Origin: Lingula anatina
Lineage: Eukaryota; Animalia; Brachiopoda
Assembly: GCA_051362555.1 (NCBI GenBank)
Contig: CM120643.1
Coordinates: 8,990,001-9,054,000 of the forward strand
Direction: 5' to 3'
DNA length: 64,000 bases
Shown piece by piece: positions 12,530 to 57,707 of this stretch. Made by a program: the position numbers and the translations under genes. The notes under the pieces are model-generated. The model saw nothing but the letters and a program-made list of their open reading frames with translations. It did no database searches and was not told where the DNA came from. How positions within the stretch are numbered: the first letter of the stretch is position 1; every line of letters begins with the position of its first letter.

Positions 12530-14974
12530 TGAAAAGGTTACGCCAAAATCAGCGTACTTGTAGTGACTTTTCACATTCACTTAAAATTAGCTCTGGTTCT
12601 CGGTGCTCAGCGATGACAAAATCACATGACATTGGCATGCATGACTGATATCTAACCAAGCCCGTCTTTCTCAATTACCCCTTACTCCCAAAAAATTTTT
12701 TAATGTATAACAATACAGAACAACTTAAATTAGAACGCTCTTGTGAACATTTTAGGCATGTTTTTCACTTTAAATATTCAAACGAACCGAAGTATTTTAT
12801 AAAAGGTTTACTAAATTGCCTTGGTAGAATATTGAATTTGCCATTTAGAATAACAAAATACTTCGAAATAACATTTTGAGATATTAATTCCGTAAAACTC
12901 TTAAATAAATAATTGACCAAACTGTAAGAGTGGTCTTAAGTGTAACAGATAAAATAACAATCCCTATAATCTTATTAAAAAAGTAAAGGTTTTGTTTAAG
13001 AATTATTGTTTACTATCTTTTGACCAAATTGACAAAAGTTGACGATCTAAGAATTCAGTGATTTTTTATAATACTATATCTCCTGAAAATTGGGCTTCGC
13101 AACAGCTGAAATGATTTTAAAATTATGAAATGCCAAATGCTTTGTTTGATATCAGTCCTACAGAAACATTTAATGAACGAAAATATTTAAATGAAGTCCC
13201 GTTTTTGTTTTTCGACACTTTTTTTGTCTTAAACGGCATAAAATTATCACAATCCTGGCAATTTTTGTAGCCAACAATAGGAACAGTTTTCTTATCACAA
13301 ACACGACTAAGATCCCATTCTACTACTGCAATGCTTCATTAATTTTCATTATTATTTATTTATTTCGGACAGCAATCTTTACCCCACCCATGGTTTAACT
13401 TTTTTCTGAAAAACAGGTATTTGATCCCCGCCCAGCACTGAAAACACCGAGAACCAGAGGAAGTCTATTCACAACCACGGTGCCATATTCATGATTGTTA
13501 AAAAATCGTTGTAGTACATGTGGACAATTCTGCAGTAACGTGGGCACATTTTGGCCGTTACATAATGTTGAGGTTACTAAGGCATTATACGTTTGATTAA
13601 CAGTGTCTTTTGTAGATTTACATCTTTCCCCTTTTTCGAATGAACACACGATAAATGTTATTAAAAGTTTCCTATATGTATTTTACGTAATGCATTTGTA
13701 ATGTCTTTCCTTTCCCAGAAGTCAACACCATTTAAAATGAATAAGAGTACATCTTCAAGTTCACATCGAGGTGTCAAGTTGCAGATTTGCCCACACATAA
13801 TTTTCAGTGACAAATAGAAAACATATCTCTTCTTGGAAATTAATATATGACAACTTTAAAACAATCACTTTATCATTTTTATACATTTATCATTTTTATA
13901 CAGACATTATTTCTGTTAAATGATAACTTCAGTTCTGACGTTTCAGGTTCGGAAAGGGACGGGTATCAACCCCGACACAAAAGTATACATAAATTACCCC
14001 TATAACACCATGATCAGATAGAGCACTATACTACGACACAGTAACATACAATTACCAAAAGAAGCAAACCAGCAACATGCAGGGCGGACGCTTAGTATGG
14101 ATTTAATTTCTATGAGAAGTTTCATAAATAAAAGGCTTATCTTATTCGACTTTTAATTTTATATACGTTTTGGAGCAGAATTTTACAACCAAAGGCAAAC
14201 ATAACATTCCGTACTAAATGTCGTCCCTGCAAATCAACAAGCAGACAAGCGTCGGCATAGGAAGCAATCTTGGCATGGGCTTGGGTCTGTGTATGTCGAA
14301 CACAAAACGTGTCTCTGAGTAGGACGCTTCTGATATCTTCGTTAACGGTTGTTAGTGTCACTGGAATTAAAGGAATAAATTCACATTCCTGACACAATGT
14401 CTAAAGATCTGATAAAACAGTACATGTTCATTGCAGCAATTCGTGTCAGTATCCTTTGCGATAGAATTAACAAATCGCAATTAAGCTTTAAAATGATACA
14501 AGTATATATATTTATATTTTAATAAAATATTTTATTAAGATATTGAACCCTCATGGAAAGTTAATGGAATTAGAAACAAAAGGGTGCCCAAAAGACACTG
14601 AGGGAAAGCTAAGAGAAAGTATCCTTCACGTCAGTTGGATGTCCGCATGGTCAGTATGTCTAAAGTGCACCATTTCGGGAATATATCGTCAATGCAAAAC
14701 TGAGAAGTGCAAACATTCATTTTCTATCATCTGTACGGAACTTACGAGAACCTGCTGCCGGTTTCAGTGCCATCTTTTCAGCCTACATGGGGCAGTAAGA
14801 GTAATATGGCCTGGGGGAACCTTTCTTCTCCGTCTTCTACTGACCTTGTTCCTATCTGAGCACCTCTCGCCAAAACGCTCACCTTATTTACATAATGATG
14901 AAGAGGCCACCCACTTTCCGTGCAGACGATTCGGTTTAAATTATAGTTTGTTTTTTGAGAAGGCACAATAAGAG

Positions 14975-15186
14975 CGTATTCTCAGACATTTAGATCGATC
15001 TGTCCCCGTGGGGAGTCTCACTAGATAACTGTCAGATAATCCGGCTTAAATGTCCGTCCCGCCGTCTACAAGCTGTAAGGGGGTAATTAACTTTCGTGCC
15101 CGCTCGGCTGACAGCTATTTAGCGTGAACCCTCAGGGAGTTAGGTCGATCTAGTTTGGATCGATCTAATCTCTGGGAATGGGGTCT
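14975..15186 (-). mobile_element. MITE family A copy
   Basis: Reverse-complement match to 2911-3124 along its length; ends ctgggaatggggtct. Confidence 0.75.
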
Positions 15187-15369
15187 AAGTCTCCATCTCG
15201 AAAAGAGGATAAGGGGGTTGATAAAGTCATAATGACACACACACACAACAAACAAATAAATAAAAATAAAAACGCGTTTTCAAAGACAACATACTTGATA
15301 ATGCGTGACTGGGCATACAAATCAGCTTTCGCAGGTCGATGAACGAACCATGTGATAAACACTAAACAC

Positions 15370-15479
15370 GACTGACCAATGGACATTGTTATATTGACCT
15401 CAGACCAATGATATTTATAAGACATATTTACAAAGATGTCTTTGCGGATAGAAAAAAATATAAAATTGCGTCTGAATAA

Positions 15480-15524
<45 letters not shown>

Positions 15525-15920
15525 AATTAGTGGGACATTCAGAGTTAAGAAGCTGATCTGCTTTTTTGTAAATATAAAAATAAAATGCTCGCGTCTTCCA
15601 TTTTGTGGCAGCTCTTTAGCTGATTTGACATCACTTGTATAGCACAGCAAAACAGCATTTATTTTCATTGAAAGACTGCTTATGCATCTAGCACAGTTTT
15701 CAGAAATAAAAAAAATTTTTTTTTTCAAAATTTAATTTTTTATATAATTTATTATGACATAAATTCAAAATTAAAAGAAGCAATTTAAACACTTAATGTC
15801 TCACATCTATAAATTGTTACAAGTACAAGTACAATTTGCATTTGTATTGTTAAAACAATAAAGCCTTACCGTTGGCATCATTACTAATATCATATCAAAA
15901 TGAAATTATAAAAGATTTAG
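15370..15920 (+). repeat. Diverged duplicate of the ShKT gene 3' flank (5030-5492)
   Basis: gactgaccaatggacattgttatattgacctcagacca...tatagcacagcaaaacagcattt...ttactaatatcatatcaaaatgaaat is colinear in both places. Confidence 0.85.
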
Positions 15921-16661
15921 TTTCATCCATCTCCTCACAAAATAGGGAAATGAGCTCACTTTTGCTCTAATTTTTAAAACTTTTCATCACCTGTGCTATA
16001 TATTTTACGAGCATATTTTGGACAAAGCAAGTCGAGAAATGAAGTTACTCCATTCACATACACGTATTATTTTAGTGAACTGCATGTAAAAGGGACAAAA
16101 TACCAGAATTATCAATCTATTCAACTTACTTTCAGCTTAATTGTTCAACCACTTTGTTCTACAGACAATGCATTTCTTCCTGTTAACTTTGAACAGAATC
16201 ATTTGTCAGTATTTGATATACTGCTGAAAGCAATTATAAAATTTCATAACAAAATTTACATACTTAAAAACAAGACTTAAATGTAAAATTAATAATAATG
16301 CAAATACTCAAAACAAATAAATTGTTTCATGGCACTTAACAAATAGGCATATAACCTGAATGAATAATTCAAGTCAGTCTATGAATTGAAGCAACAGCCT
16401 TAAAATATTTTTCTGCAAATTATACTGGATATAGTTAGGAATTTATATTGCACATACAAAAAAATCTGAAGATCTTTCCTTCCAGCTGGGCTGAAATCAA
16501 GAGATGTGACACTTCCTTTTTCTTTTCAAAATTTCAAAGAGCAACATGCAGATTCCCTCCTTACTTGTCTGCAAAATATTTTGTACCACTTCCTTTCAAT
16601 CATAAAATTAAGAGATAACAACTGTTCATTTTGGCAAAAAAAAAAAAATAAAAAAAAATAA

Positions 16662-16700
<39 letters not shown>

Positions 16701-17824
16701 TTCCTGGGGTAAAGGACAATTTTCCCACACTAACCAATGGTAAATAAATCCAGTCTGGCATTCAAAGTTAGTCCCTGTTTTTTTTCTAAAAAGTTTGGTT
16801 TTTTATAATATTCTCGTAAAAGATTATTACAGAGCTTAGCCATCTATGGAGGTCACGTGATGTGATGGCAAGCACAAATTCCAGAATAACTGTGTTAACT
16901 GCTATTCTGGTGGTAAAGCAGAATTTTTTATATTTCTGTGAGTTGTTTACAATGTATTTATTGTGAAATATGGATATTATAAGAACAGTGGTTATCCCTT
17001 TATATTAAAAATAAAATTCAACAAAAAACGCCAGCTATTGATGATACCATTTGCTAATACTTTTCTATCAAATTAAGGTGATAGCCAATTCAACACATCA
17101 CAAAAAAAGTCAATTGTTGCTCATAGTGAATATAAAATAAAAATTGCGATAAAAAATATGAGATCAAATGTATTCCATGGATGTTAAAAATACAGATTAA
17201 TGCATTTTTTCATTTAAGAATGTTAATTTCTATAAATTAATATGATTCAGTATGTTTTCATATTAACCATTTCCTCAACATCTCTACTTTATAGTTTACC
17301 ATACAACTGCAGTTTCCAATAATAAACCTTTCATGTTCACTTTTTCAGAATCCGCTTAGATTTCTTATTCCAGACATGAGCCTTGGTTTCAAAAAAATCT
17401 CTGAATATTTATCGAATCTCATACAAGACAAATCTCAGGAACCATCAAAATTAAATTAAAAAAATGTGGAATTCCGTGTTTACGTGGATCATGTGCTATT
17501 CCTTATAACTGATAAATTACAATGTGTTAGGTTACACCAACAGGGTCATTTCTGGCCTTTAAAAAATCAACCTCCATACCATTTATAGTTTCTTTGCTCA
17601 TGAAAAGTCTTGCCCTACATCTGTCATTTGCATATTAAAATTCTCACAACTGTCAACTTTTCAGGCTCTAATGTCTGGTAAGCAATATTGTTTAAAAAGA
17701 TTTTGCATAGTTCACAAGAAGTACCTTCTCTTGAAATAAGTGGACAATGAAGAAAAGAGCACTTTACTTTAAAAAACTAAAAATTACACAGTAAAAAGGT
17801 GAAGAATGAGAATCACATTCCACT

Positions 17825-18056
17825 ACTAGAAAAGCACTCCGAGAATGCAGACCCCAGCCAAGGCAGCAATTTTTGATTATCATTGATTATTGATTGCTTA
17901 TTGATCCGGATCACCACCAAAAACCAATCATCTGTTCCTTGGCCCACTTCTGACAGTTCCTGAAAATTTCATCAAAATTGGTCTGTAACTTTTTGAGTTA
18001 TGTCGATGACAGACAGAAAAACAGGGCTGAAAACATAACCTCCGTGGCGGAGGTAA
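17825..18056 (-). mobile_element. Short HINE copy, same family as 11052-11292, opposite orientation
   Basis: actagaaaagcactccgagaatgcag ... aaaacataacctccgtggcggaggtaa is the reverse complement of the 11052 element. Confidence 0.8.
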
Positions 18057-18284
18057 TAATAACTTTTCTAAAATATTGCAAATCTGAAAAATATTTTTTG
18101 GGATTTTGATAAATCATATCAAAATGGTTATGAAAAAAATTGATTTTTATGAAAACTTGAAAAAAAGTCTTCACAAAGGCTTGGAATCCATAAAAAAACA
18201 AAACAATTATCTTAAAATACACTTTCTCTTTTTCCCTCTCCTTAATTAAAAATATTTCAGTTTTGATTTTTTAAAACAAATTAT

Positions 18285-50717
<32,433 letters not shown>

Positions 50718-51169
50718 GCTCCTGAAGGGGAGTTCTTGAGTATTTTACCATTAAACTGCTATAACAACAGTTTTACTAAGGTGGCTGCACATCCTAATGC
50801 TATGTAACTGGGTTGTTATTAAGTTTTTAATTAAAAAAATTTCTATACCCCCGGTAGCTAAAAACATGCTGATAAAATTTACCATCACTTACTTGATAGA
50901 TCTTCAGTCGTCCAATTCAATCCTTTTACCTTCGAGGTTTCTTTCGTATCAATATGCGGGATGCATAATTTCTATACATAGAACTCGAAACCGAGATCCC
51001 AAGAGAAATTTTGGGTACTGAATTACAAAGCGAAAGTGGAAGTGTTTTGTCTATTTCCCTGAAAACCTCGTTTCGAAACTAGGTCAAGGCGGAAGGTGGG
51101 TTGAAGCTAAAAATAACGACATCCTTTGACATCAATTATCCTCGAATCTCAGCTACCACACGAACCGTA

Positions 51170-51345
51170 TACTCACCTGTTATTTCACCTGGTCAAAGTG
51201 CAAAGAATACTGATTTATCATTTATTCATCTTTTTTCAACTAAATCACTTACTTACTCTCGGCAATGTCGCGATTGAGAGTCCGGCTGCGGCATGGAGAC
51301 CTGTCATATCAAATCTCAAGATGGCAGCGCGTGAGCAGTGTAGAA
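51170..51345 (-). promoter_or_regulatory. Probable 5' non-coding exon/promoter region of the NO VEIN-like gene
   Basis: Strong donor CAG|GTGAGT on the - strand at about 51176; CpG-richer patch; YY1-like AAGATGGCAGC near 51318-51329; the ATG exon has an acceptor at 50722. Confidence 0.4.
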
Positions 51346-51586
51346 AAACTATGCACTGAAGATGCTGGTCGACATGAATAAATTAATAGATAGGTTAACA
51401 CGATAGACACATTGTCAAAGACTGATAAAAGATTGATAAAAAGGCTACTCAACAAGATCACCAGTTAATTAAAGGGATGACAAATTGTGATGGTCGACCC
51501 TACAGGTGTGCATGTGCCTTTACTTGTGGGAAACCTTTTTATGGCCACCCCGACCTCCGCATTACATTAGATAACCCTTTATAATG

Positions 51587-51737
51587 CAGGCCCGTAGCCA
51601 GAGGGGTTCGGGGGGTTCGAAAGAATTCCCTTTTTTGCCAGGAAAAGGCCCCCTCTGTAGGCACATGAAGGTTTCATGGTCAAAGGTTCACTTTTTCGGG
51701 AAAAAAAAACCCTTTTGAATTTCTGTCTACGGGCCTG
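51587..51737. mobile_element. MITE with CAG termini (hAT-like)
   Basis: TIRs CAGGCCCGTAG ... CTACGGGCCTG; target duplication not clean. Confidence 0.7.
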
Positions 51738-51773
51738 TATTGTAACCCCAGGAGTTGGGCGCAATGGGTTCAC

Positions 51774-51832
<59 letters not shown>

Positions 51833-53958
51833 TTATTTTTCTATTTTCACATCTTCGGGTAATGCAATCTGTTAAACTGCTACGGAGATTCCCAGGTTCT
51901 ACATATGTAGGTCTTAAACTCTTCACACGGAAAAAGAATAAAAACGACTCCATGTCGTAAATTTTACTTAGGCCTAATATATTTTGCTAAACTTAAAGTC
52001 ACATAGTACAATAAAATCCCTTCTCAGCCTCAGTCCAATCTATTTTCCTTCTAGTCTCACCTCTAGTTTCTGAATTCCGTCCAGTCTCTTCCGTCCTCTC
52101 TTAATTAGGATTAACTAGTATAGTTACAGATTTTTGTGCTAAACTTTATCAGTTAAAATGTCAATGAGATAATACATGTCCACCCCACGTGGTGGACACT
52201 CCCAATAACTCCATGTAATCATGCAAGCTCTAACGGTTTAATAGCTTATAAGGACATTAAAATTTAAACTGCTAGATGTGAAATAGCGCCTATCATCTCA
52301 AGCTACTTTTTTTTTTTTGTTAAAGGTATGATTTATTCATAGATCTTAGCTTCTTGTGTGTGAATTTTAACAAACAAAGGCTTCCGCTGATTGAATTAAT
52401 ACTACATCATGTACGAAAGTATTAAAATACAAATTACTTTTTTTTTTTCAATACTGTGGTCCCTGACAAAGTCTTCATTTTGGTGGGGAAATTGCCATGA
52501 AACAAATTTCCCTGGGGTAAACGACACTTGTTCCATACTTAGCAATGTTTAATGAATCAGTCTCTACAAATTCAAAGTTATTTTTTTTCTCTTTTCTTTT
52601 TTTTTATATAATAAGAGTATGTTTTGGTAACAATCTCTTGAGAGATCATTGCGTAAGGAAACAGTCTTTATCTCGCAATGTCCGGATATTACGAGTTACC
52701 GCCGTTTTGGTGGTAAAATGCAATTTATATGCCATGTTTACAATGTATTTACTGAGGAATTTGAATCCCATACGAAGTAGCTGTCATCCCTTTAAGCTAG
52801 CAATGATTCTGATAGGCAATGTGAATCCTAAAATTTGCATTAGTATTTATCAAAAATGTATATGAGGCAAGAGTCTAATATATATAATGTCTGAGTTGAA
52901 AAACATTTCTATGGTAATCATGAACCACCGTTGGATTGCTAAAGTAATTAGACACATACACGGTTCGTTACTCATCTACAGTACATTGATCGCTACTCCC
53001 CCAAGCAGAATTATGTGTTATTTCCCCCATCGTTATACGTCCGTCATCGGTTTGAGAATGACCATTTTCTTAATGTCACTTTTGGGCCCAAATAATTTTG
53101 TATTTACAGCGCGGTTTTAAAAGTGACAGTTATGGTTTGTGAGTCGCATTTTTACGTTGCGGGGTAGGGAAGGTTTGGGGAAGTAATGATGCGGGAAAAT
53201 AAAAAATTAGCAATAGTAGTGTTTTGGGGAAGAAAAACGTTATTTCATTTCTATGGACTAACTATATATGTATGCCTGTAGAAAATTAAGGCCTGCAATT
53301 AATCATTGTACAATATCCAGGCACACAAAACTCAGAATTTAGCAGGCCCTTGAATGAGCCTGCAATATACCATCATTATTTCCGTCATGCCAGGAAGCGT
53401 ACATGTATTATAGGAGAATGCATTATTTTTATTTCGTATGCTCTCATTTATTCATCTATCTAATTATTTTTTGTCCGCAGCGTTAGACAAATATATGACA
53501 AAATTATTGGAAAATTGGAAATTTCAATTATAAATGCTTTTCCCATAATTACCAAATTATGCCATATCCCAAACCGCTGGCTAAAGTTCGTTCGTTAAGT
53601 TCTACGTTTCTAATTTTTGAATAATTGTGTGATGACGGCGACTGGGAAATGTCGCTTGTAACGATTGTGAAATATTAAAATACTTATAGTTTACCAGTTA
53701 CATAAAGCATAAAACCCTCAACCAGTGGAAAAAATAAGAATACATGCTAGTCAGGATCTATCAATAATTTGGTGAATGTTATAAATCATTCATACATTGA
53801 CGGCATTCTAGCTTAGTTAACTATCTTTGTGCTTATCAAAAACGGCCCGATTGTACATGTACATGTAGTAGAGTATATTGGAGAGATAACTGACATATCT
53901 ACAAGTACAAAACGGCCTGCAAAATGCATAATACGATGACAATAAATAGGAAAACATT

Positions 53959-55228
53959 TTAGCGACATTTATGGAGATTAACTACTTTTCTAAATATACA
54001 TGACTTGCAAGTTATTATGGTGATAACGAACATTAGCAGTATCAATAAAATTGTACACTGTACAGATCCTGTCCAGCCTATCCCTTGTGTGAAGAAGTGC
54101 GTCGTTCCACCAGACTGTAACACTAGTCTCAGTTCGCTACCGTCCCACTGCACTCCTCCACCGAGTTCCTCACACAACTCTGACATCTTTGCATAAAGCC
54201 AGCTTGAAGCTTCTTCATCGGCTCTGTTCACACGTAGATTTTTCATCATTGTGGGAACCATTTTTAAGTCAACAACTTCTCCCGTAAGTGGATCGATATC
54301 GGCAAAATACATAAGGCTGCGCACGTTGTGAAATGGGCGCTTGTGTAATGGGGTAGGGGTCCCTTCGTAGTCACTAACAATATCTCCACAACCGTACATG
54401 ATGAGTTTGCCATTGTAAACCTCTACGCCTTTAACGTGGTGCGATGAATGGCCGTGAATTACGTCCACGCCGGCAACGTCTATGGCGGCATGTGCAAATT
54501 CCCTCTCCATAGGAGAACTTTGCCCTTTGTAGTTAGGTCCCCAGTGGATGGAAAGAATCACGATGTCTCCCGGTTTCTCGACTTTCTTTACTTGATCTGC
54601 AAGTTGTTTCACCAAAACTAAAGAAGGTTCACTCCGGATTTTGTCTCTGTAGCGTTCCATTCTTCATATACGAGACCTGAAGTATGACACGCCCCAAAGA
54701 CTACGATGCGTCCCTCATTCGGAATTTCAAAGATCGCCGGCTTCTGAGCTTCAAATATATTTTCTCCTGCACCAACATACTTCATATTGGCCTTTTTCAG
54801 AGTTGTAAGAGTCTCAGCCAGACCAGGGTAGCCCCAATCTAGCACGTGGTTGTTACTCAGAACACAACAGTCCACTCCGGCTGCTTGCAAAGTTTCCACG
54901 TGCCGAGGGTGTGTGCGGTACTTAACGGGTTTCCCAGCCATGCGGTTTCGCTGGTGGGGATGGCTGTTTCTAAGTTTATTAAGCGAAAGTCTGGTTGTTT
55001 TTCGTTGAGGATCTGTAGGGCATCTCCCCATACGTAATCCATCCCGATCTCTTTTGGCAGGGGACCGTTCTTGTCTATGGCAAGTTGGGCGTACTCTCTA
55101 GAATCGTTCCTGAAATCCCTGTACATCCACGGTTTACAATGGTAAGGCAGGATTTGGTCTATGCCTCTCCCGATCATCACGTCACCCACCAAGAAAACTC
55201 GAATTATGTTCGTGAGCGCAGCCGCCAT
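53959..55228 (-). pseudogene. capA: Bacterial-type CapA/PgsA (poly-gamma-glutamate synthesis accessory, metallophosphoesterase fold) homolog, intronless, two frameshifts
   Basis: Three overlapping ORFs give one colinear protein: FLVGDVMIGRGIDQILP...INLETAI / KYRTHP...LSNNHVLDWG...GAG / SIHWGPNY...IHGHSSHHVKGVEVYNGKLIMYGCGD. Frame breaks at about 54935 and 54620. Hydrophobic C-terminal segment. Confidence 0.88.
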
Positions 55229-55969
55229 TGTGAGAGCTGAAAGTAAACCAAATTTGTTTCAATCCAAGCGAGCTCATAATGACCTGGCCTGTTAACTCAG
55301 CTTAATGCTTCTGTATAATTTTACTTTAGTCGTCTTTTCTACTTTTCTCTCTTATACATATATGTGCCCGTATGTATTGCATTTTTAATAAGTAACATTA
55401 ATTACCTCTCTAATAAGTAACATTAATATATTATCTAGCGACCTTATTGAATTTAACTGCATCTTGTTAGTCATTTCTGTTGGGTTTTCTATGCATGCGC
55501 TGCAACTACCGGCATATACTGTACATGGACTATTTTAAAGGAAAACGTTTAAGTTTATTGAATTGTCTTCTATGTTAGGCCTACATCCATGGGTAATTTT
55601 CCATGAGTAATCTCTACAGAATTAATATTTTAACTGTTTATGCACGAATGAAACACACATTTTAAAACTGAGCAAAATAATTTAAAGAATTGGTCTTTAT
55701 TTTTTATTATATCAAGTTTTTCTTCTTTTGAAATTCTGAAAGAAAATGTTTGACGCATTGTTTCATTAAGTCACTTTTAGTAACCGTTAAATGCATATAA
55801 CTACCTGAGCGAAAACATCTACAAACTACAACATGTTGTGTAAAATAGTCCGTTCAAGTTATTATTTATTAATTACAATATTTCATTGTAGACAACGATT
55901 GGCGGTCGTCAGGGCACGGCGGAGAGAGGCCGTAGTATTCTGCATAGCTTCCGCGGTGAAGGTTACCTG

Positions 55970-56118
55970 GGCCCCGTAACTCGAAAGCATCGCGCATTGC
56001 GACCGAATGCAAGCGTCTCGATTCCATAACTCGCCCATACTTGTCCCATATGTAATACAATGTAGTTTCTACGTGATATCGCTATTCGCGATATGCGATG
56101 CTTTTGAGTTACGGGGCC
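55970..56118. mobile_element. PIF/Harbinger-like MITE
   Basis: TIRs GGCCCCGTAACTCGAAAGCATCGC ... GCGATGCTTTTGAGTTACGGGGCC flanked by a CTG duplication. Confidence 0.8.
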
Positions 56119-56532
56119 CTGGTCGTGGTAAACGCTAATAGCCAGTCGCCTCACCCCCCGTCCACTCCTGTTTTCCTCCGCATAAACGACACTGTATTCT
56201 GGGCATCAGAATCGTTTTTGGAAAAGTCAATGAAATTTATACTTCAAACAACAAAGGAGACCCCAGGGGGCCCCTTCCCCCTCCTCACTTTCATCCACAC
56301 ACAACCAAAGGCATTTTAGCATATCAATGTAAGAAAAACGACATCAGTCTTTAGTACCCAGAACTGTTTATTATTATTACTATTTAATAAAGCCAAACTT
56401 AGACCACCCACAAAACTAGGCGAGATACCCAGGGGCCGACCTGTGCGTCATAAACAACGGCGGTCGTCTCGGCCTCCCCAGGAGAGGCCGTAACACCCTG
56501 CCCGGCTTCAACGATTAGAGGTTACTCGCAGT

Positions 56533-56817
56533 CAGGGGCGGATCCAGGATTATTTGAAAGGGGGGGGGGGTCCGGAACATTAAGCCTCGGATGCGAAGCC
56601 GACCATCTCCCTCATAGCGTGGGGTTCGGGGCCTGCTTAAGGGTCCCGAAATTTTTTTAGTGTTTTGGAGGGCAAACGGCACCCTTCGGTGCGGTTTAGA
56701 ACTTTGATTCAGCTTGTCAAAATTCTAAGTTCAAGAGGGGAATATTGGTGTGATATATTTCTCAGAAACCGAAGGGGGGGGTCAGAACCCCCCTGACCCC
56801 CTCTAAATCCGCCACTG
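56533..56817. mobile_element. hAT-like MITE
   Basis: TIRs CAGGGGCGGAT ... ATCCGCCACTG; 8-bp target duplication CTCGCAGT / GTCGCAGT (7 of 8 match). Confidence 0.8.
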
Positions 56818-57707
56818 GTCGCAGTAGACGTTTATCTCCGGTCACCCCTTTCTGCATCCACTCTTGTTTTCTTCCGCAAAAACGATTCTAGCATATTGTT
56901 AATAAATCAGTTAACATTAATTTTGTGTTTTTTAGAAAGCCCCCTGGTAGCACAACCAGCCGAAAGTTGGAAGAACAAGTGGCGTTATTGACTGTATCGT
57001 GTAAAATAGTTACGAGTTTCATTTTTGTTGCATTGTGCTTCTAGAAAAAGAAGTATCAATATACCTTTAATTGTAGATTTAAGAACTAATAGGATGATAC
57101 TATAGTTGATACTCAGTGGATAAAAAGGCATGACGCGTTATATTAAAATTTTGACGTCAACCTTATGCATCAGAACAGACACTCATATTCGAAATCCTAA
57201 GAACATACATTTACATCAGTTTCTTTATTAAAATAAAAGTCATTTATACCATTAGTAAAACCCAAACAGAATATTGATTAAAATTGCTCCTCGGTTATTC
57301 GAAGTCAGCACTGTTTCATGGAAACATTTGACAGACAGCCAAAGAAGTGCTTCGAAAAGGACAATATAATTTAAAACAAAGCCATATATTGGTACATGGA
57401 ATCAGTAAAACTGTTATAATTAAAACTCTGGGTATAAAATAGTAAAATATAATTGATAAAATTGTTGTAGACCTTATATAATGCAGTTCCCTGACTTCTG
57501 ATAATGAAAGAATGACCACTATGACAAAATATCTTAAAACATGTTATTCAATCAGAAGCAGGTCTGCGTTTTTAATTTAGTGCCGAAATCAACATGAACT
57601 AGCGGACCATTCAGAGTGGTCAAAACAACGGCACATTTTACAGCTGATTTAATTATATACATAACGAGGCATAGCTATTTCATGGTTTGAGAATGCTTCA
57701 TTTGGCA

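Noticed and set aside
15165-15728. 187-aa ORF on the - strand
   Set aside because: Runs through a poly-T tract, duplicated UTR sequence and a MITE end; no protein-like features.
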